A DNA stretch of 64,000 nucleotides from Scenedesmus sp. PABB004 (Eukaryota): the NCBI GenBank assembly GCA_014905635.1, contig JABVCE010000021.1:186001-250000 (forward strand), written 5' to 3'. Numbering within the stretch: position 1 is the first letter of the stretch; the number at the start of each line of letters is the position of its first letter. The notes beneath the pieces are model-generated. The model saw only the letters and a program-made list of their open reading frames with translations, had not been told where the DNA came from and ran no database searches. Shown piece by piece: positions 57,801-64,000 of this stretch. The position numbers and the translations under genes were made by a program.

Positions 57801-60342
57801 CCTCCTGCGCCGCTGCCTCGGCGCCGCCGCCGCCGGCGCGCGCGGCGTCGGGCGCGCCGGGCGCGCCCGCCGCGGCCGCGGCCGCCGCGTCGCCGGCGCC
57901 GCCGGGTGCCGTGGCGGCGGCGGCGCCGTCCGCGTCCATCAGCTGCGGCGCGTCGCCGCCCGGCGGCGCCGCCGGCGGCGGCTTGCCGGTGCGGCCGTCG
58001 ACGAGCGCGACGCCGAGCTTGGCGAGCTGGGCCGGCAGGTCGCCGCTTGCGTCGGCGGGGGCCGACGCAAAGATGGCCGGCGCGCGCGCCGCGTAGCGCT
58101 CCGCAAACTCGGGCAGTGCAAACAGCACCTGCGCGGCGGGCGGGCGGCGGGGCGCAGGCGCGGCGGCGGGGTTGACGCGCGGCGGCGGGGTGCAGGCGCC
58201 GTGCACAGCGCGCAACAAAGAGGCACGCACAGCACGCACAGCACAGCACGGCGCGCGCCTGGAGGACGCTGTTCATGTAGCAGCTGTTGCCGAGGTTGAC
58301 CAGCCCCACGTGCCCCGGGCCGGACAGCGGCGCGAGCGCCGCGCCCGCCTCGGTGAGGGCGCTGAACTCGTAGGCAACGTTCATGTCGATCTCCAGCTCG
58401 GCCATGGTCTTGGCGCTCTTCTCCATCTGCGTGCGTGGCCGCCCGGGCGCGGCGAGCGGGCGGCGGCGCGCGTGCGGCGGCGGCGGCGGGCGGGCGCGCG
58501 GGTCGGCGGCGCGCCGTGGCTGCTGCCGCGCCCCGCCCACGCGTGGCCGAGCGAGAGCCCGTCCCAGCGCCGCCGCCCGCCTCCTCCCACGCCCACACCC
58601 ACACCCACACACCCACCCACAGCCCCAGCCCACCTGCATCATGTTGATGCCCCAGTGCGCGAGGTGCGCGGCCAGGCCCGGGTCCAGCACCATGTCGTTC
58701 TCATCCGGCGCGTAGCTGTACACGTCCGCGCCTGGCCTCACAGCGCACCGCGCCAGACAGACGCGCGGCGGCGGCGGCGGCGGCGGCGGCGGTACGGGGT
58801 CGGCAGCGGGGCGCGGGCGGCGGCGGCGGCGGCAGCGCCGGCGGCGGCTCACCCGCGGGCGTGATGGTTCCGAGCTTGACCACGAGCGGGTACTTGCAGC
58901 CGGTGGCCTCGTAGTGGCGCAGCGCGCTGCCGTTGCCGCCGCTGCCGTCGGCGTACTGCGCGCGGCAGTGTGGATGCGCGACGCGACGCGCGCTCGGCGG
59001 CCGGCGCCCTGGGCTGCCAGGGTCGGCACGCGCCGCGCGCGTGGCCTGCCGCCGCGGCCCCCCGCCGCCGCCGCTGCCGCCGCCGCCGCGCACACACCTG
59101 GCGGCCTGAGCCGATGTGCCCGGTGGAGAGGTTGAGCCAGAGATTCTCTTTGACACCCGTCTCATCGCAGGCCCAGTCGGCGGGGTGGGGGCTGATCTTG
59201 CGCCCCGTGTCGAGCTGCGGCAGCGCGGCCGCGTACCTGCGACGAGCGGGCGCGCGCGGCGCCGCGGGGGTGGGGCGGCGCGCGCGCGAGCGGGCGGGCG
59301 GGGCGGGCGCGGGCGGCGCGACCGGCGCGCACTTGCTGACGCGGCGCTCCTCCTCCCACGCCGCCACGGCCTCCTGCTTGGTGGCGCCCTCGTGCGCCTG
59401 CGGGCGGCGCGGCGCGGGCGGCAGGGCGTGCAGGCACGTTTGTGAGAGGGGGTCGGCTGGCGCGGCGGGCGAGCGGCGCGCCGCGTCGCGTGCGGCGCGG
59501 CGCGACGCGCGCCTGGATGGCGGTGATGGTGTTCAGCACCAGCTCGGGCAGCTCCGGGCACGGCAGCGGCACCACGGCGCGCTGCCCGGGCGCCGTCACG
59601 ACCACGAGCGCGGCGGCCTTGTCCAGGGTGTACTGCTTGGCCGGCTCCAGCGCAAAGCCGCCCTCGGCGCCCAGCGCCAGCTTGGTCGGCCGCGCCGCGG
59701 CGGCCTCGGCGGCCGCCGCCGCCGCGGCGCGCTCGGCCTCGGGGATGGGCACCTGCGCGGCGCGGCGGCGGCGGCGGCCGCGGCGCCGTCGGCATGGCGG
59801 CCGGCTGCGGCGGGACGTGGCCGGTCATCGCGCGCCGCGCGCGGGCCCGCACCCGCGTCCACAGCAGGTGCAGGTAGAGCGTGTTGCCCGTCTTGCCGTG
59901 GTCCAGGTCCACGAAGTCGGCGCCGAAGCCCTGCCGGCGGCGGCGGTTGGCGCGGTTGAGCAGCGCGCGCCGCGGCCGCTGCTCCGCCGCCGCCGCGCGG
60001 CGCCGGCGCGCGCTGCGACCCCCAGCAGCCACGTGATCCGCTGCATGCGTCTTCCAGCGCGGATCGGGGGCGAGCCGCGCCGCTGGGCAGCGCGCGCTGG
60101 CCGCGAGCGGGCGAGGGCGCGCGGCGCGGCATGCGCGGGCGCTGCGCGCCCACGCGTGGCACTGGCGCCCCCGCGGCCGCCAGGCTCGCCTGGTAGCTCT
60201 TGAGGTTGATGAACAGCCCGCCCGGGCTCTCCGGCGTGTCGAACGAGTACATGCACTCGTCCTTGAAGACGCGGTCGAAGTGCCCAGGCGGCTGCAGGCC
60301 GCGCATGCCCGCGCGCACGGCGGCGAGCACGCCCTCGTCCAT
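54812..60342 (-). CDS. UBP14: Ubiquitin-specific protease UBP14/USP5 (isopeptidase T)
   Basis: [20 protein letters not shown], Zn[19 protein letters not shown] and [12 protein letters not shown], Cys box [32 protein letters not shown], two UBA domains (SMGF, AMGF), His box [13 protein letters not shown] and WVIFNDEKV. About 18 exons. Confidence 0.96.
54985..55045. repeat. Intronic 11-bp repeat (GGGCTGGGCGC)x5 with G-quadruplex potential
   Basis: About ten GGG runs with 2-3 nt spacers on the + strand, in the last UBP14 intron. Confidence 0.8.
56597..56660. repeat. Intronic 12-bp repeat GCGGCACGTGG(C/G) x5
   Basis: CACGTG at 56601, 56613, 56625, 56637 and 56649. Confidence 0.9.
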
Positions 60343-60704
60343 CGCGCCGGGCGCTGCTGGTGTCGCCGCCGCGGGGCGTGGCGGCGCGCCGCTGCTGCTG
60401 CGCGGCCGCTGCTGCTGTCGCCGCCGCGGGGCGTGGCGCTGCGCCGCTGCTGCTGCTGGAGGGGTGTGGGACGGGCGACCGAGCGTTGGGGGTGGGACGA
60501 GGCGCCGGCGGCAGCGTCACGCGCTGGCGACCTGAACCGCACGGCGACTGTTCGACTGCCGACCGCTCAACCGCTCGCGCCACGCTCCCAAGTTGGATGC
60601 CCCTCTCTACTCTCTCTGACCGACCCCCCAACTCTTCAGCGCGCGCGCACGCCCGGGGCGTGCAGCGCGGCGCGGCAACAACGACAACAAGCTGGCACGC
60701 CCCC

Positions 60705-61716
60705 TCAGCCCGAGCCCATCGGCCGCCGCTGCACCGCGGCCGCGCGCGGCGGGGCGGCCGCCGCCGCGCGCAACGGGGCGGGCGCCGCTTTGGTGGGCGC
60801 GGGGGCCGCCTTGGCCGGTGCTGGTGCCGGCGCAGGCGCCGGCGCGGGCGCCGGCGCGGGCGCCGCCTTCGCCGCGGGCGCCGGCTTGGGCGCCGGCGCG
60901 GGCGCCTTGGCCGGCGCTGGTGCCGGCGCGGGCGCGGGCGCGGGCGCGGGCGCCGGGGTGGGCGCGGGCGCCGGCGGCGGCAGGACGACGCCTGTGCTGA
61001 TGGGGCGGCCGTAGAGGGCGTTGAACGTTGACCCTGGCTGCCGGCTGTTGACCGCATCGTAGCTCGGCATGTGCAGGGGCAGGCCGGCGGGGCTGCGGCG
61101 GCGCGGCCGGCGGCGCCGCCGGGGCGGAGCGCGGCCGGGCAGGGCTCAGCCGCTCGCCTGCCGCCGGCCGCCGGCCAGGCGGCGCCGCGCGGCGCCTGCG
61201 CTGCGCTCGGCTGGGGCCGCCCGCGCGCGCCCCTCTGAGCCCAGAGTCGGTGAGCGCACCTCACAGCCGGCAGGGAGTTGGTGAGGACGTACGTCAGCGC
61301 GTCATACACCGCGCGCTGCCCCCCGGCCGCGAGGTGGCGGCCGTCCGGCTGCATCGCCGCGCTCTGCGGCGCAGGCGGCGGCGCGCGCGGCGTCCGTCGG
61401 GCCGGTTCCCGCTCGGCCTCGCGCCTCTGAAAAAAAAAGAGTCGGGCCGCCCGCTGGCGCCCGCTGCTGCGCCCGCTGGCGCCCGGCGCGCCCGCCGCGG
61501 GCCGCGCCTGCCAGCCTTTGATGCCGGTGATGGCGGCGAACGCGTCCACGTACGGCACGCCCGCGGCGCGCGCGACGGCCACCGCGGCGGCCGCGTACGT
61601 TTTCAGCGTCGCCAGGCTCGGCCCAGGCGCGGGGGAGCCGTCCTGCGGGGCGCGCCGCCGCGGCGGCGTGGCGCGCGCGCGCTCTCGCGCGAGCCCTCCA
61701 TCTGCCGAGCGCGCGC

Positions 61717-61761
<45 letters not shown>

Positions 61762-62584
61762 CAGCGCCGCCTTGCGCGTCCAGGTCTTGTCGACGACCGG
61801 CGGCGGCGTGATGATGACGACGTTGGCCACGCCCCGCGCGCGCAGCTTGCGCACCATGGCGGCCAGGTTGGCCTTGAACTCCTCGAGCGGCACGTGCAGG
61901 TAGCCGCTGCGCCGCGCGTGTGGCGGCGAGGGTTCAGGGCTCAGGCTTGGGGTTCAGGGCTCAGGCTTGGAAGCCGCCGCGGGCGGCGCGCTCGGCCGGC
62001 GCCCGCCGCGGCCCGCGCGTCGCGCACCCCATGCCGGCGGGGTTGAGCGCGTCGTTCGCGCCGAAGCAGAGCGTGACGAGCTTGATGCGCCCCGCGCCAA
62101 AGGCGCCCAGGAACTCGTCAAGCACAAACAACCCCATGCGGCTGCGGCGGGCGGGCGGGTGCACGGCGGCTCGCACAGCGGTCCGCGACGCGCGCGGCGG
62201 CGCGGCGGCGGGGGGGCCCCCGTGCGCGCGGCGCGCCGCGCCTGGTGTAGCCGCCGTAGCCCCGGTTCACCACGTCGGCCTTGCGCCGGTACGCCTGCGA
62301 GAGCATGAGACCCCAGCCGTCCTCAAAGAACGACTGCCTGCGCGCCAGCGGGCGGGCGGCGGGCGGCGGGCGCCCGCGTCGCGCCCCGTGCCGGCGTGCC
62401 GCCGTCTCACGGCGGCGCGCGCCGCCGGCGCGCGCGCCGCTCACTCGGTGATGCTGTCGCCGACGAGCACCACCATGGGCCGGAACAGCCCCTGCGCCGC
62501 GGCCGGCGCGGGGCCGGCCACCAGCAGCGCGGCGGCGCACAGCGCGACCGCCAGCGCCGCGCCGCGGTGGGCGCGGCGCCGCAT
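60705..62584 (-). CDS. Secreted SGNH/GDSL esterase (IAH1-like) with a Pro/Ala-rich tail
   Basis: Signal peptide; VLVGDSITE, DVVNRGYGGY, FGANDA, HVPLEEFKANL, IITPPP, DGRHL; C-terminal (AP)n tract at about 60760-60980. Confidence 0.9.
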
Positions 62585-63113
62585 GCCTGCCGCCACGTGG
62601 ACGGCACGCCCTGCGGCCAGCGGCGGCGGCGATTGGCCGGCGGTCGGCGTGTGGCGCTGCCTGCCAGTGGCGCGGCGCGGCGCGGCGCGCTGGCTGCCTT
62701 CAAGAGCTCATCACCCGCGCTGAGGCCGCCGGGCACGCGCCTGGGCGCGTGGGCGGCTGGCAGCAGCCGGCGGCGCAGCTCACCGGCGCGCCCGGGTGCG
62801 CTCTGCTCTTGCTCGCCTAGCGCTGACGGGGCGCAGGGGGGTCCGCAATTGCCGCCGGCCTCGCGGTCTGGCGCGAGAGCGGCGGGGCGCACCGGCCCAC
62901 CCGCCGGCGGTTGGGGCGGCGCGCGGGTGACGCTCCTGCCGACCGCGCGCGCAGGCAGAAGCGCGCTGCGCAGAGCGCTGTCAGAGAGCGCCGCCGGAGA
63001 GCGCCACACAGAGCGCCTAGTGGCCCCGCCCGCCGAGCTCGTGTGGTGCAGCTCGATCGCGCCCGCTCGGCGCGCGCCGCCGGCAGCGGCGCGCAGCGCC
63101 CGCTCGGCGCGCG

Positions 63114-64000
63114 ATGCCGCCCGCGTCGCCCGACGGCCAGCGGAGCCTGCGCCTGGCACGCACACCACTGCTGTACCCGGTCGTGCCGGCCAAGCGGCAG
63201 CACGGCGGCGGCGCCTGGGGCTCGGGCGGGCGGCCGCTGCTGGTGGTGGCGCTGCTGCTCGCGGCCGTCCTGGCCGGGGGCCTGTGGGCGCGCGCCGGCG
63301 CGCCGCTCAGCAGCAGCGGCGGCGCCGCCGGCGTAAGAAGCGCGCCGGGGAAGCGCGCGGCGGGCGGCGCCCCCGCGTCGTCGGTGTGGCGCCGGCCGGC
63401 GATTCTGCTGATAGGGGACAGCTTAACCGAGCTCGGCGAGGACGCGGGCGGCGGCTGGGCCTCGCTGCTGGCCGCCGCGTTCCGCCGGCGGGTGCGCGAG
63501 CGCCGCGCCGCGCGGGCGCGTGCCGCGCCGCGCCCTGACGACGACGGCGCGCGCCCGCGTCGGCGGCGCCCGCGTCGCCGCTGGCGGTGTGGCGCGCCAG
63601 CACACGGCGCCCCCTTGCCCCGCGGCGCCCGCGCCGCGCAGGCCGACGTGCTTAACCGCGGCTTTGGCGGCTACAACACCGAGACCGTGCGCCTCGTGGT
63701 GTGCGAGATCACGGACAGCCTCAAGGCGCCGGGCCAGACCGTCGCGGCCGCGACGCTCTGGCTGGGGGCCAACGACGCGGCGCTGCCCGACGGCCGCGAG
63801 TGAGCGCGGCGCAGGGCGCGCGCGCGCCGCGGCGGCTGAACCGCGCCGCGCCGCGCCGGCTTGAGCGCCGTCGCGCCGGCTGAGCGCCGCCGCGCCGCCG
63901 CGCAGCGGGCGCGTGCACCTGCCGCTGCCGCGCTACGAGGCCAACCTGCGGGATATCGTCGCGCAGCTGCGCGGCGCGGGCGTGGCGCACGTGGTGCTCA
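63114..64000 (+). CDS. SGNH/GDSL esterase (IAH1-like) with N-terminal TM anchor, partial
   Basis: TM LLVVALLLAAVLAGGLW; LLIGDSLTE, DVLNRGFGGYNT, LGANDA, VHLPLPRYEANL; runs off window. Confidence 0.9.

Noticed and set aside
1..64000. Many long overlapping Arg/Ala/Pro/Gly-rich ORFs (for example 1586-3694, 11323-14292, 20370-23348)
   Set aside because: Stop codons are rare at this GC content; these are shadow, antisense or intron read-through frames without motifs.
33000..64000. Metabolic gene cluster or horizontally acquired island
   Set aside because: Neighbouring genes are functionally unrelated and share host GC content and intron style.

Overview
Eukaryotic nuclear DNA of extreme GC content (about 80% by eye), gene-dense and intron-rich. 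Gene content (SBP-box factors, an OPR protein, a SAFE1-like plastid SET protein, flagellar MBO2/CCDC146) and the GTGCG...CGCAG intron style point to a chlorophyte green alga, probably Sphaeropleales (inference). Most long six-frame ORFs are GC artefacts, so real genes were rebuilt by hand from exons. About 20 protein genes: MBO2/CCDC146 (partial), OPR protein, GPI-type phytocyanin-like protein, large Gln-rich orphan, flavin amine oxidase plus a near-identical 5' duplicate fragment, SEC-C/YchJ-like protein, small hypothetical, two SBP factors, Miro GTPase, fasciclin, GH32 invertase, PPR-like protein, OPT transporter, AP-1 sigma, SAFE1-like SET protein, DCAF7/LWD-type WD40, UBP14/USP5 and a head-to-head pair of SGNH esterases. 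No rRNA, tRNA, CRISPR or autonomous transposon was seen. The most unusual signals are: (1) about 17-18 GC-AG introns among roughly 100; (2) a ~200 bp intergenic element of nested hairpins between 11-bp direct repeats; (3) four apparent single-base deletions in conserved genes, most likely assembly errors; (4) two recent local duplications; (5) His-to-Glu zinc-ligand changes in both SBP domains. I cannot establish a new biological system from sequence alone. All family assignments come from recalled motifs, not database searches.
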